Origin: an uncultured Clostridia bacterium
GTDB lineage: Bacteria; Bacillota; Clostridia; Christensenellales; Borkfalkiaceae
Reading direction: 5' to 3'
Length of the DNA: 31,134 nucleotides
Assembly (NCBI GenBank): GCA_964494075.1
Contig: CAZBQP010000001.1
Coordinates: forward strand, 1-31,134
The position numbers and the translations under genes were made by a program. A model generated the notes under the pieces. It was not told the origin of the DNA and made no database searches. It saw nothing but the letters and a program-made list of their open reading frames with translations. Each line of letters starts with the position of its first letter. The first letter of the stretch is position 1. Positions 1 through 9,624 of the stretch are shown piece by piece.

Positions 1-1018
1 CGGGACGAAGAAGGGCAGGATCGAGAATGTCCGCACGGTTGGTCGCCGCCATGACGATGATGCTTTCCGTGCTTTCAAAGCCGTCCATCTGCACGAGGAT
101 TTGGTTGAGCGTCTGTTCTCGTTCGTCGTGACCACCGCCAAGACCTGCACCACGCCGTCTGCCCACTGCGTCGATTTCGTCGATAAAGATGATACAAGGC
201 TGATTTTTCTTCGCCATGTCGAAGAGGTCACGTACACGTTTCGCACCCATACCAACATACATTTCCACGAAGTCGGAACCGGACACAGAGAAGAAGGGAA
301 CGCCGGCTTCTCCGGCAACCGCTTTCGCAAACAACGTTTTACCCGTTCCCGGAGGGCCTACCAACAGGACACCCGTAGGAATCTTTGCACCAAGCGCATG
401 GAACTTTTTCGGGGATTTGAGGAACTCAACGACCTCTTTCAATTCTTCCTTTTCTTCTTCCGCACCTGCAACGTCCGAGAAACGCACTTTCAAATTGCTC
501 TGCATTTGTGCTTTGGACTTACCGATATTCATCGAAGAGGGATTAGAGCCGGACGTGCTGCGAAGCACCATCCAGAACACTACGCAAAGAAGAATCAATC
601 CCACAAAGGGAAGAAGACTCGACCATACGCTACCTGCGTTAGGATCGGAAAATTCCAAACTAAAGGGGAGCTGCATTCCACCGCTAATCACTTCGGGCGC
701 TATCAATGCAAAGAAACTGTACAGGGAATCAAAACTGTACACTTCGGGCGCAATCGTCGTATAAGTAGCAACGACTTTATCGCCCTCTTTTACAACTGCC
801 GTCCACTTATACACGTCCACGGACAAGTCGCTGATTTTCGTAATTACGCCGTCGCCGTTAAGATCCACTCCAGTGAAAGTTTCTTTGAGCAATATCGCAA
901 ACTCGTCAAACGTGATTTCCTTTGCGCCTCCGACAACGTCCATCAAGAGCACGCCAAGCAACCCAACGAGCAGGACTGCCGCAACAATCCACATAATTGT
1001 TTTTGTTTTCTTGTTCAA
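1..1018 (-). CDS. ftsH: ATP-dependent zinc metalloprotease FtsH, N-terminal part; runs off the left edge of the window
   Basis: Not in the ORF track; translated by hand. TTG start at 1018 after a GGAGAG RBS, two TM segments, Walker [10 protein letters not shown], Walker B IIFIDEID, then [13 protein letters not shown] and the SRH motif [16 protein letters not shown]. Confidence 0.95.
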   Translation of the reverse strand, partial: MNKKTKTIMWIVAAVLLVGLLGVLLMDVVGGAKEITFDEFAILLKETFTGVDLNGDGVITKISDLSVDVYKWTAVVKEGDKVVATYTTIAPEVYSFDSLYSFFALIAPEVISGGMQLPFSLEFSDPNAGSVWSSLLPFVGLILLCVVFWMVLRSTSGSNPSSMNIGKSKAQMQSNLKVRFSDVAGAEEEKEELKEVVEFLKSPKKFHALGAKIPTGVLLVGPPGTGKTLFAKAVAGEAGVPFFSVSGSDFVEMYVGMGAKRVRDLFDMAKKNQPCIIFIDEIDAVGRRRGAGLGGGHDEREQTLNQILVQMDGFESTESIIVMAATNRADILDPALLRP

Positions 1019-1220
1019 GGTTTTCTCTCCTATCTAAATATAATTCACAGTATATAGACAATACCGCATCGTGCCATCATGCGAGAATCGTAAGCGATTT
1101 TGAGAAGGAAAAAGGCGGATTTTTTACAGCAATAGCACTTCCTATTACAAAAAAACAACGCATTTATTGCCAAAATCGGAGCTTACCCCATTGCATATAT
1201 TATGCGATAACATCTATACT

Positions 1221-1249
1221 ATTTTACCATATTAAAAAAGGTTTTTCAA
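1221..1249 (-). promoter_or_regulatory. sigma-A promoter for ftsH
   Basis: TTGAAA-17 bp-TAAAAT with TG at the extended -10 position, about 200 nt upstream of the start codon. Confidence 0.6.
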
Positions 1250-1392
1250 GTGTTTACAACCCGAAAAACCAAACATTTAGCAAACGTTCACGAAGTTAAC
1301 ACAATTCACCGTACAATTTTGTCGAAAGCCGCATGGATAGGGAACTGTTTCGATGGATTCTTCCTCGCGACCGCTTCAAACTATGTACCAAC

Positions 1393-2070
1393 TCAAAGAA
1401 AGCTCTCAATCAAAATCTTTAAGCCGATGGCAATCAATACAACGCCGCCAAACATGGACGCTTTGTCCGCAAGCTTACTTCCAAGCATTTTTCCAATGTA
1501 CACCGCACCGACACTCAATCCAAACGTACACACGCCGATCACGCCCGTCGCACCCCATACGCCGAGTGCCAAACCTGCATCCGAAATTGCAGCCATCTGC
1601 AAGGTCACACCTACCGCCAACGCATCAATCGAGGTTGCGATTGCCTGCGTAAAAAGTTCCAAAATTGTAAGTTCTTTTTGAGGTTCTTCTGTTTGTAAAC
1701 AAACACCTGCCCCCGTCATTTGTTCTTCTTCTGCATTTTCAACAAGTGAAGAGGACTGCTTACTTTCCGCTCTCGCCGCACGAAATTCTTTCACACCTTC
1801 CCACAACATTCTGCCACCGAGAAAGGCGAGAAGACCGAAGGAAATCCAAGCCGAAACGGACTCAAACACGTCCATAAACGCACCCGTCACGATTCCCGTA
1901 ATAAAGTAGCCGATGACAGGCATCAAAAACTGAAAGAAGCCGAAAAATGCGCCGATCAACAACGCTTTTTTCACAGGCATTTTCGGATAGAGCATCCCGT
2001 TCGTCATAGCCACCGTGCACGCATCCATTGAAAGTGCCACTGCCAACAATAAAATTTCCCAAATTTGCAT
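1393..2070 (-). CDS. mntP: Manganese efflux pump MntP (DUF204 duplicate)
   Basis: ALSMDACTVA and ATSIDALAVG motifs, six hydrophobic helices, and an acidic insertion between the two halves. Confidence 0.9.
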   Translation of the reverse strand: MQIWEILLLAVALSMDACTVAMTNGMLYPKMPVKKALLIGAFFGFFQFLMPVIGYFITGIVTGAFMDVFESVSAWISFGLLAFLGGRMLWEGVKEFRAARAESKQSSSLVENAEEEQMTGAGVCLQTEEPQKELTILELFTQAIATSIDALAVGVTLQMAAISDAGLALGVWGATGVIGVCTFGLSVGAVYIGKMLGSKLADKASMFGGVVLIAIGLKILIESFL

Positions 2071-2082
2071 AAACGTTTTCCT

Positions 2083-2709
2083 TTATAAGCAATTTTTTTC
2101 TTTCAAAATCGTAAGAACATCCGCAAAAATTTCCTGAGGCGTTTTTTTGCCGTCTACACAAACGACACGTTCAGGTTCGTCCTTCGCAATCTTTTTATAT
2201 CCTTCATAGACTCGTTCATGGAACTCCGTTCCGGCAAGCTCCATGCGATCGTTTTGATCGGCGCCGTGTTTTCTATCAAATGCGTCCTTAGGCGAAAGAT
2301 CTATGAAAATGGTCACGTCGGGGGCATAATTTTTCATAGCGTACCCATTGATTTGCCCCACAAAATCAACACCCAAACCACGCGCATACGCTTGATAAGC
2401 AAGGGACGAATCCACGTATCGGTCGCAAATAACAAGTTTCCCTTCTTGTAACGCAGGTTCTACTCGATCATGTAAATGCTGCACTCTCGACGCCGCATAC
2501 AAGAGCGCTTCGCAAGCGTCCGTCATTTCCATATTTTTGCCACTGAGCAAAATCTCACGAATCATCTCGGATATTTTGCCACCCCCCGGTTCTCTCGTGA
2601 AAATATGGGGGACGTTCTGCTCCGTCAAATATTTATTGAGCAATGTAAGCTGCGTACTTTTACCGCATCCGTCACAGCCTTCAAATGTGATAAATTTTCC
2701 TCTCTTCAT
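2083..2709 (-). CDS. tmk: Thymidylate kinase
   Basis: FITFEGCDGCGKST P-loop, TREPGG, CDRY, AYQ and IDL motifs. Confidence 0.97.
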   Translation of the reverse strand: MKRGKFITFEGCDGCGKSTQLTLLNKYLTEQNVPHIFTREPGGGKISEMIREILLSGKNMEMTDACEALLYAASRVQHLHDRVEPALQEGKLVICDRYVDSSLAYQAYARGLGVDFVGQINGYAMKNYAPDVTIFIDLSPKDAFDRKHGADQNDRMELAGTEFHERVYEGYKKIAKDEPERVVCVDGKKTPQEIFADVLTILKEKNCL

Positions 2710-3989
2710 CTTCTTTTCCTCTCTTCTTCGTCTTCTTTATATACCAAAATCTCGCCTTCTACAATTCCAAATACGTTGTCCGCCTTGGCAAGCAATTCTA
2801 TCTTTTCTTTTTTCACTTGTTCACCAGAGAAAATCAAAGGTGTACAAGGGGGGAAGAGTCCGCAATTTGCCGCACAGACTCTGTTTTCGCCATCTCGCAA
2901 ATCCACCCATTCCGTCTCCCTGTCTTGATAAGAAACAGTGGGGGCAGGTATGCGTTGAGTTTGTTTTATCGGGGTATACGGATATAGCTTGAACAGCTCC
3001 AGCAGACGAGTTTTCAGTCTCTCAAACTCCTGCATCGTCGTCGCAGGGGAAAGATAGAACATCACCACGTCTCCGTCGCAAAATTCAGCGTAAATTCCTT
3101 CTCGTTCAAGCGTTTTTTCCACCTCGAACGACTGCGCTCCAAACAATGCGCAGATTTTCGTCCAGTCGTCTCCGCTCACCACTCTTTCTTGTCGTTGAAA
3201 AGCTCGAACAGCCTCTTCCAATATCTTATTTCTTGGATATTTGACCGCATATTCCACGCTCGCCATGATAGGATAGGAAGGGCTTGACGTGCGGAAAATT
3301 TCCACCCCTTCACGCAACGCCGCCGCATATTTTTCCGTCCGTGCGGAAACCACAGCGCCTTGCGTCATAGCAGGCAAACTTTTATGTACCCCGTCCACCC
3401 AAAGATCGGCATACGTTCCGGCATAACGAGGCTTGTCCATATGCAAATGTCCGCCATGCGCACCGTCAATCAAAAGCAATTTCCCCTTTTTCTGACAGTA
3501 TTCACGCACCCATGAAAGATCGGGAATACGTCCGTAATAATCGGGAGAGATGACAAATATACAATCTGTGTGCTCAAAAATATTCGTGAACGCAGACATG
3601 GGTGCTTCATTTTCATAAAGCATGGGAGCCAATCCCAATAATTTGCACCCGTTAAACGCACTCTTATGCCCATTTACAGGCAATGCAACCGTTTTCACCC
3701 CGAGCTGCTTTGCCGCATAGAGCATGGAAAGCACACCGCAGGTGCTCCCGTCTGTTAAAATAAAACTCTTTGCCGCACCGACGATTTCCGCAATTTCCCT
3801 TTCCGCCTCTAAAATGCAACCATGGGGCGCAGATAAATTGTCCGAAAAAGAAAGCTCCGTAATATCCCACCCTTCGACTTTATGCCCGGGCGTGTGAAAG
3901 GACAAATGAGGCTTGTCTGCATTCTCCAGCAGCATTTGATAGATGCGGCACTTTTTCAAAGTTTCTTGATTACGAAAATAATTTTGCAT
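2706..3989 (-). CDS. Orn/Lys/Arg decarboxylase, PLP-dependent (YaaO-like)
   Basis: SFHTPGHK, LTDGST, DGAHG, HKSLP (PLP lysine), TSSPSYPIMAS and C-terminal PPCTP; its position upstream of tmk matches Bacillus yaaO-tmk. Confidence 0.85.
   Translation of the reverse strand: MQNYFRNQETLKKCRIYQMLLENADKPHLSFHTPGHKVEGWDITELSFSDNLSAPHGCILEAEREIAEIVGAAKSFILTDGSTCGVLSMLYAAKQLGVKTVALPVNGHKSAFNGCKLLGLAPMLYENEAPMSAFTNIFEHTDCIFVISPDYYGRIPDLSWVREYCQKKGKLLLIDGAHGGHLHMDKPRYAGTYADLWVDGVHKSLPAMTQGAVVSARTEKYAAALREGVEIFRTSSPSYPIMASVEYAVKYPRNKILEEAVRAFQRQERVVSGDDWTKICALFGAQSFEVEKTLEREGIYAEFCDGDVVMFYLSPATTMQEFERLKTRLLELFKLYPYTPIKQTQRIPAPTVSYQDRETEWVDLRDGENRVCAANCGLFPPCTPLIFSGEQVKKEKIELLAKADNVFGIVEGEILVYKEDEEERKRR
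2944..2956 (-). repeat. Dispersed motif copy, core AACGCATACCTGC, inside the decarboxylase CDS (sense strand)
   Basis: Exact match to TSAACGCAKACMTGS; context aaactcAACGCATACCTGCccc. Confidence 0.8.
3589..3601 (+). repeat. Dispersed motif copy, core AACGCAGACATGG, inside the decarboxylase CDS (antisense)
   Basis: Exact match; context cgtgAACGCAGACATGGgtgc. Confidence 0.8.
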
Positions 3990-4068
3990 ATACGATCACT
4001 ATTTTTTAATAAAACGCATTCAAGCACCAACTCGCAGCTAAAGACATTCCACGTATAGCATTCGCTTC

Positions 4069-4113
4069 AAAAAAGAAAGCACCGAGTTTCCGAAGGTAGA
4101 AATTCGGCGCTTT
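4069..4113 (-). terminator. Intrinsic terminator downstream of lysS
   Basis: Minus-strand stem aaagcgccgaatttc/gaaactcggtgcttt followed by a U-tract. Confidence 0.7.
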
Positions 4114-4223
4114 GTGCAAGCAACTGCATAAGGTCATCAAGCGAGCGTTGTTCGATTTTGAGGAATACAACGCATTCATTCAAAATCAGCCCTTTGCGCC
4201 GTATGTGATTGTGCGTGTTTTCC

Positions 4224-5735
4224 TTACTTTTTAGGTTTCATCGTGGGGAAGAGAATAACGTCACGAATGGTGGAGCTATCCGTCAACAACATGACGAAAC
4301 GATCAAGCCCCATACCCAAGCCACCTGTGGGAGGCAAGCCGTATTCCAACGCATTGATGAAATCCTCATCAACCTGTGCTTCATTATTCCCCTTCGCACG
4401 CTTCGCTTCAATCTGCTTCACCATACGCTGCTTTTGATCAATGGGATCATTCAACTCGGAGAAGGCGTTGCCATACTCGTGGCCGCAGATGAAATATTCA
4501 AAACGTTCGGTAAACAGGGGGTTGGAAGGCTTACGTTTTGCCAGGGGGGAGTTTTCTACGGGATAATCGTAAATCACGGTGGGTTGAATCAACTTATCTT
4601 CTACGAATGCATCGAAGAGTTCGATAAGTACCCAGCCCTTGGTTGCATTTACATGCTCGAGTTCTACACCCAAGCTTGCCGCCGCTGCCCTTGCGTCTTC
4701 GTCCGTTGCCCAGTCGTTGTAATCAACGCCGGCATATTTTTTCACCGCTTCCGCCATGGTGAGACGTTCCCAGTTACCCATATGAATTTCCGTGCCCTGA
4801 TAGGTGATATCGAGCGTACCGCAAACATTGAGTGTAACCGTCTTGTACATTTCTTCGATCATGTCCATCATGCCGATATAGTCAGTGTACGCCTGATACA
4901 TTTCAATGGTGGTAAATTCAGGGTTGTGATATGCGTCCATACCTTCGTTACGGAAAATACGGCCCACTTCATATACTCTATCCAAACCACCTACGATAAG
5001 ACGCTTCAAGCAAAGCTCAGTTTCCACACGCATATACATATCCAAATCAAGTGCGTTGTGATGCGTCTTGAAAGGACGGGCATCCGCACCGATTTCCATC
5101 GTCAAAAGGGTAGGCGTATCCACTTCGAGGTATCCACGATTGTCAAGGAAGTTTCTGATCTCTTTCAAAATCTTGGAACGCATACGGAAGGTATCACGCA
5201 CGTCCTTGTTCATAATCAAATCGAGGTGGCGCAAACGATACTTCATATCCTTGTCCTGCAACCCGTTGTATTTTTCAGGAAGGGGAAGAAGGGACTTCGT
5301 AAGCAAAACGAGTTCGTTTACGTGAATAGAAACTTCCCCCGTCTGCGTCTTGAATACAAACCCTTTGAATCCGAAAATATCACCGATATCGTAATCCTTT
5401 TTATAGGACATATAATTTTCTTCGCCGATATCCTGACGAGTTACGTAAATTTGAATAGAACCGCTCTTATCGGAAATATGCGAGAAGGAAGCTTTACCCA
5501 TGATACGACGAGACATCATACGCCCCGCCATACAAACGGTTTTCCCTTCGTATTCTTCGTAATTATTTTTAATCGTTTCAGAATCCGCATCCACGGGATA
5601 TTTTACCTGTTCGTAAGGATTTTTGCCTTCCGAAATAAGTTTTGCGAGCTTCTCACGACGAATTCTCGCCTGTTCGATCAGTTGCTCTTCTTCGGACACC
5701 TCCACAGGCGCCTTCACATTTTTATTATCTGCCAT
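4224..5735 (-). CDS. lysS: Lysine--tRNA ligase, class II
   Basis: OB anticodon-binding domain (MAGRMMSRRIMGKASF), motif 2 FRNEGMDAYHNPEFT, EYGLPPTGGLGMGLDR and VILFP. Confidence 0.99.
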   Translation of the reverse strand: MADNKNVKAPVEVSEEEQLIEQARIRREKLAKLISEGKNPYEQVKYPVDADSETIKNNYEEYEGKTVCMAGRMMSRRIMGKASFSHISDKSGSIQIYVTRQDIGEENYMSYKKDYDIGDIFGFKGFVFKTQTGEVSIHVNELVLLTKSLLPLPEKYNGLQDKDMKYRLRHLDLIMNKDVRDTFRMRSKILKEIRNFLDNRGYLEVDTPTLLTMEIGADARPFKTHHNALDLDMYMRVETELCLKRLIVGGLDRVYEVGRIFRNEGMDAYHNPEFTTIEMYQAYTDYIGMMDMIEEMYKTVTLNVCGTLDITYQGTEIHMGNWERLTMAEAVKKYAGVDYNDWATDEDARAAAASLGVELEHVNATKGWVLIELFDAFVEDKLIQPTVIYDYPVENSPLAKRKPSNPLFTERFEYFICGHEYGNAFSELNDPIDQKQRMVKQIEAKRAKGNNEAQVDEDFINALEYGLPPTGGLGMGLDRFVMLLTDSSTIRDVILFPTMKPKK

Positions 5736-5807
5736 TGTTTGTCACCTCGTAATTATTCCCCAAAAATGTACTTCATCAAATACATGGGGTGCTTCTTTTA
5801 TAAAATC

Positions 5808-6278
5808 TTAGAAAATCTCACGCACGTGAAGCTTGTATTCCCCGTCGGGCGCAAGCACACGAACCGCATCCCCGACTTTATGTTTAAGGAGCGCTTTGCC
5901 AACAGGGGACTCGTTGGAAATTTTGTTTTCCATTGCGTTCGCTTCGGTGGAGCCGGTGATTTCGTACACCTCTTCCTCATCGAGTTCTTCATCGTAAACG
6001 CGAACTTTCGAACCAACGTGTACGTAGGACGTATCAGTGTTTTCTTCGATGATCACTGCGTTCTTGATCTTGTAGTCAAGCTCTACGATTTCACCTTCGT
6101 TCGCTGCCTGTTCGTTGCGTGCTGCATCATATTCTGCATTTTCGGAAAGATCGCCGTGGCTTCTCGCTTCCGTGATTCTATCCACGATTTCCTGACGCTT
6201 GTCCGTCTGCAAATACTTCAAGCGTTTTACCGCCTCATCGTAACCCTTTTGTGTCATAATAAACTGCTGTTCAGCCAT
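5808..6278 (-). CDS. greA: Transcription elongation factor GreA
   Basis: ARSHGDLSENAEYDAA and ISNESPVGKALL. Confidence 0.99.
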   Translation of the reverse strand: MAEQQFIMTQKGYDEAVKRLKYLQTDKRQEIVDRITEARSHGDLSENAEYDAARNEQAANEGEIVELDYKIKNAVIIEENTDTSYVHVGSKVRVYDEELDEEEVYEITGSTEANAMENKISNESPVGKALLKHKVGDAVRVLAPDGEYKLHVREIF

Positions 6279-6357
6279 TTAATTCCTCCTGTTCCGCAAT
6301 TTATAATATTCCGATTTTTTCGTCGTTATACCCGCTCCATACAAAATAGAGTACACG

Positions 6358-6423
6358 AAAAAAACCGTTCGCTTACGGAACGTAAAAATACAACCGTGAC
6401 TTTTCGTCATCTGAAAGCCACGG
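6358..6423 (-). promoter_or_regulatory. Structured greA leader: a 10-bp hairpin plus a short hairpin with U7 (possible attenuator)
   Basis: Stem ccguggcuuu/aaagucacgg, then cguuc..gaacg or ccgu..acgg followed by a U7 tract, all between the promoter and the greA start. Confidence 0.4.
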
Positions 6424-6443
6424 CAGCGTATTTGATTATCTTT

Positions 6444-6472
6444 ATTATACCCTATTTTTTAGGGTTTGTCAA
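6444..6472 (-). promoter_or_regulatory. Consensus sigma-A promoter for greA-lysS
   Basis: Perfect TTGACA-17 bp-TATAAT; the spacer contains the inverted repeat ACCCTA-N5-TAGGGT. Confidence 0.85.
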
Positions 6473-6508
6473 TGATTTTTATAAGTTTTCAAAAGAATTT
6501 CCGTCGAT

Positions 6509-7678
6509 TTATCCGTTTTGTTTCAAAAATTTCGACATTCGTTCAAACGCTTCCGACAGGGCGTTCATACTCGTCGCATACGAAAGTCTAACGTTATGCT
6601 CCCCGAACTGTCCAAACGCATTGCCGGGCACAACCGCCACCTTTTGACTTGCAAGCAGTCCGTTGGCAAACTCTTCCCCGTTAAGCCCCGTCGAACGAAC
6701 GGAGGGGAAGGCGTAAAACGCACCGCGCGGCTCAAAACAATCAAGCCCGATTTCTTTCAGGGAATACAACACGAATTTTCTGCGTTTGTCGTAGGATTCT
6801 CGCATTTCTTCCACCGTCGAAAAGTTATCCGAAAGTCCGTCCTTAAGTGCCTCAATCGCCGCAAACTGAGACATGGTCGGCGCACACATAATTCCATATT
6901 GATGAATTTTGAACATCGCCTCGTCAATTTCAGGCGGCGCACACACGTATCCCATACGCCAACCGGTCATGGCGAACGCCTTGGAAAAACCACTCACGTA
7001 TACCGTGCGTTCCTTCATACCGGGAATCTGCGCAATCGATGCGTGCTTTTGCCCGTAGGTAAGCTCGGCATAGATCTCGTCGCTGATGACGAGCAAATCG
7101 TGTTTGACAATCACTTTCGCAATCGCCTCCAAATCCTCCCTCGTCATAATCCCACCCGTCGGGTTGTTGGGATAGGTCAAAATCAGCGCCTTCGTCTTTG
7201 GCGTGATTGCCCTTTCAAGATATTCGGGTTTCAGTACGAAATTATCCTTTTCAAGACACTCTACGTGCACGGGCACGCCGTCAGACATGGACACGAGAGG
7301 GGAGTATGACACGTATGCAGGATCGGGAATAAGCACCTCGTCGCCACATTCCACACAAGCACGCAATGCAAGGTCGATCGCTTCACTTCCACCCACCGTC
7401 ACGATGATATGTTTGGGATCGTACGAGAGAGAGAATCTCTCCTCCAAATATCGGGAAATAAGGGAAAGCAACGCAGGCATACCACGGTTACCCGTGTACT
7501 GCGTATACCCTCTTTGTAAGGAAGTGATTGCAGCCGAACGCACCTTCCAGGGCGTAACAAAATCAGGTTCGCCCACACCCAGCGAGATCGCACCCTCCGT
7601 CACCGATACGATGTCGAAAAATTTACGAATCCCACTCGGTTGTATATTTTTTGTTTTTTGATTAACAAAATCACGCAT
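6509..7678 (-). CDS. Class I/II PLP aminotransferase (YugH/AlaT-like)
   Basis: SLGVGEPDF, PNNPTG, SDEIY, SGFSKAFAMTGWRMGY and VPGNAFG; preceded by an Lrp regulator as in Bacillus yugG-yugH. Confidence 0.92.
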   Translation of the reverse strand: MRDFVNQKTKNIQPSGIRKFFDIVSVTEGAISLGVGEPDFVTPWKVRSAAITSLQRGYTQYTGNRGMPALLSLISRYLEERFSLSYDPKHIIVTVGGSEAIDLALRACVECGDEVLIPDPAYVSYSPLVSMSDGVPVHVECLEKDNFVLKPEYLERAITPKTKALILTYPNNPTGGIMTREDLEAIAKVIVKHDLLVISDEIYAELTYGQKHASIAQIPGMKERTVYVSGFSKAFAMTGWRMGYVCAPPEIDEAMFKIHQYGIMCAPTMSQFAAIEALKDGLSDNFSTVEEMRESYDKRRKFVLYSLKEIGLDCFEPRGAFYAFPSVRSTGLNGEEFANGLLASQKVAVVPGNAFGQFGEHNVRLSYATSMNALSEAFERMSKFLKQNG

Positions 7679-7709
7679 TGTTATTACCTATGACACTAAA
7701 ATGAGCATA

Positions 7710-7722
7710 CCATGTATGCGTT
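7710..7722 (-). repeat. Dispersed motif copy, intergenic between the Lrp gene and the aminotransferase
   Basis: Exact match; part of a 35-bp segment (7697-7731) nearly identical to 9602-9637. Confidence 0.85.
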
Positions 7723-7728
7723 GAGTTA

Positions 7729-8220
7729 TTATGCCTGTATAGACAAGCGATAATCGGCGTCTTCCTTTTCCGTCAACGTACCCTCGATTTTATACTTTTT
7801 CAAAATAAAATGGGTTGCAGTGCTCAATACGCCGTCAAACGTAGAGATACGTTCGGAAACAAAACGAGAAACCTGCTGCAACGTCTTATCTTCGATAAAC
7901 ACGGCAAGATCGTACGCTCCGCTCATCAGGTACACCGCTTTCACCTCAGGGAAGGAAGCAATCTGTTTGGCAATCCCGTCAAATCCTTCTTTCTTTTTAG
8001 GGGTAACCTTCACTTCTATCAACGCTTCTACGAGCGGCTCATCCGCCTTTTCGCTGTTAAGAATTGCCGTGTATTTAACGAGCAAGCCATTCTTTTCCAT
8101 ATCTGAAATGCACGATTGCACTTGCTTTTCGTCCACGGACAGCATCGCAGCGATTTTATTCGTGGGAATACGTGCGTCTTCCGTTAAAATATTCAAAATA
8201 TCCCTTTCAAGACCGGTCAT
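7729..8220 (-). CDS. Lrp/AsnC family transcriptional regulator (YugG-like)
   Basis: N-terminal HTH (ILNILTEDARIPTNKIAAML) and C-terminal RAM domain (VYLMSGAYDL). Confidence 0.92.
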   Translation of the reverse strand: MTGLERDILNILTEDARIPTNKIAAMLSVDEKQVQSCISDMEKNGLLVKYTAILNSEKADEPLVEALIEVKVTPKKKEGFDGIAKQIASFPEVKAVYLMSGAYDLAVFIEDKTLQQVSRFVSERISTFDGVLSTATHFILKKYKIEGTLTEKEDADYRLSIQA

Positions 8221-8235
8221 AATAAACTCCTTTCT

Positions 8236-8490
8236 TTAGAATATATTTTCGATAAACAGTTGGTCATAACCTAACGTTTCAACAAAATCACGAGGGAGAA
8301 ATTTCACACGATTAAACTTCGCAAAATTAAATACGTGCGTCTTAGTCAAAACAGGCGTAGGCACGTCAAGTTCCTGGCAAATCTCCGTCAAATAATCAAA
8401 AAAATGCGAATAAGTGAGTTTTTCACGAAGCTCATATACGTATTGCTTCTGCATTTTTCCGTCTGTAATCAATTTTGCCCAAATCCGCAT
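8236..8490 (-). CDS. Hypothetical protein, 84 aa; start reassigned to ATG at 8490
   Basis: GAGGTG RBS before MRIWAKL; first gene of an apparent operon with Lrp and the aminotransferase. Confidence 0.7.
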   Translation of the reverse strand: MRIWAKLITDGKMQKQYVYELREKLTYSHFFDYLTEICQELDVPTPVLTKTHVFNFAKFNRVKFLPRDFVETLGYDQLFIENIF

Positions 8491-8541
8491 AGAACACCTC
8501 GCGCCCCTGTAGTATCTACCTGTGTGGTATTTATATGAAGT

Positions 8542-8570
8542 ATTATACATGATTTTCCCGAAAAAGTAAA
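8542..8570 (-). promoter_or_regulatory. sigma-A promoter for the hypothetical-Lrp-aminotransferase operon
   Basis: TTTACT-17 bp-TATAAT. Confidence 0.55.
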
Positions 8571-8597
8571 CTGTTTCCAACAGATTTTTTATTTTTC

Positions 8598-8627
8598 GTC
8601 ATATTCGTAAACGACGAAGAATAGAGT
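8598..8627 (+). promoter_or_regulatory. Possible sigma-E (or sigma-F) sporulation promoter upstream of pdaB
   Basis: GTCATATT-14 bp-AATAGAGT resembles the sigma-E consensus ATA-N16-CATACAnT. Confidence 0.35.
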
Positions 8628-8793
8628 AGGATACAGCACATCCCACGAGAAAAATCCATCAAAACCCTTGGCGAAAGTTCTCGCACAACCGTCTTGCCTC
8701 TTTCACAAAAAGAGCGTTTTTACAAAAGCAGTTTTTCTTCGGCTTTTTTCGTGAAATTTTTTGGTCAACGTTTTGCTATGATAGAGGTACCCC

Positions 8794-9594
8794 ATGCACA
8801 TGAATTCAAAGAAACTTTCCCCCACCCTTCTTGCGACAATCTCCCTTCTTTGCACCGCAATTTTCGTCGTACTATCCACGACGGCTCTCAGTGTGAAAGA
8901 GGGGCTTAAAAATCAAGCTACGGCAGGGGTAGGTACAAGTTCAAGCCGTTCTTTGCCTATTTATTCGGTGGAGACGGAAGAGAAGAAAATCGCCATCAGC
9001 TTCGATTGCGCTTGGGGCGTCGACCACACCGATACACTTCTTGACACCATGGCGAAAAACAACGTTAAATGCACCTTTTTCGCCGTGCAATTTTGGGTGG
9101 AAAAATACCCGGAGTACGCCAAGAAAATCGTTGAAGCCGGGCACGAGCTGGGCACACACAGCCGTACTCATTCGTATATGAGCAAGCAATCGGAAGGGGA
9201 AATTCGCGACGAGCTTTCCACCTCTTCCAAAGCCATTGAAAAGGTGACGGGGCAAAAAGTTACCCTCTTCCGCCCTCCTTACGGGGATTACGATAACGAT
9301 GTGATTGACACCTGTCTGGATATGAAAATCTACCCCATTCAATGGGACGTCGATTCTCTTGACTGGAAAAATCTTTCCGCCATGGAAATTGCCATGCGAG
9401 TGATCAACGGCGTGAAACCCGGCTCCATTATCCTTTGCCACAACAACGGTCTGCACACGGCAGAAGCGCTCCCCCTTATCTTCTCCACCTTGAAAAATCG
9501 AGGGTATGAGTTCGTGCCCGTCGGGGAGCTTATCTACAAAAACGATTACACCATCGACCACAACGGCAGGCAATGGAAAAACTCTAATAAATAA
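8794..9594 (+). CDS. pdaB: Polysaccharide deacetylase, PdaB-like (sporulation)
   Basis: N-terminal membrane anchor, IAISFD, HELGTHSRTH, FRPPYG, WDVDSLDW and GSIILCHN (NodB domain). Confidence 0.8.
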   Translation: MHMNSKKLSPTLLATISLLCTAIFVVLSTTALSVKEGLKNQATAGVGTSSSRSLPIYSVETEEKKIAISFDCAWGVDHTDTLLDTMAKNNVKCTFFAVQFWVEKYPEYAKKIVEAGHELGTHSRTHSYMSKQSEGEIRDELSTSSKAIEKVTGQKVTLFRPPYGDYDNDVIDTCLDMKIYPIQWDVDSLDWKNLSAMEIAMRVINGVKPGSIILCHNNGLHTAEALPLIFSTLKNRGYEFVPVGELIYKNDYTIDHNGRQWKNSNK

Positions 9595-9611
9595 AGGAAT
9601 TTAATAAACTC

Positions 9612-9624
9612 AACGCATACATGG
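9612..9624 (+). repeat. Dispersed motif copy, intergenic between pdaB and the SSB-like gene
   Basis: Exact match; 21 bp identical to the copy at 7707-7727. Confidence 0.85.

Noticed and set aside
101-1057. 318-aa and 182-aa plus-strand ORFs
   Set aside because: Antisense to ftsH, which the ORF track missed because it runs off the window edge.
4209-6647. 812-aa plus-strand ORF
   Set aside because: Antisense shadow of lysS, greA and the aminotransferase end; it has no domain features, and long antisense ORFs are common opposite genes with biased codon use.
8491-8580. Longer start (8580) for the 114-aa ORF, and upstream starts at 9642, 18648 and 19930
   Set aside because: They overlap predicted promoters or lack an RBS, while better RBS-linked or family-consistent starts lie downstream.
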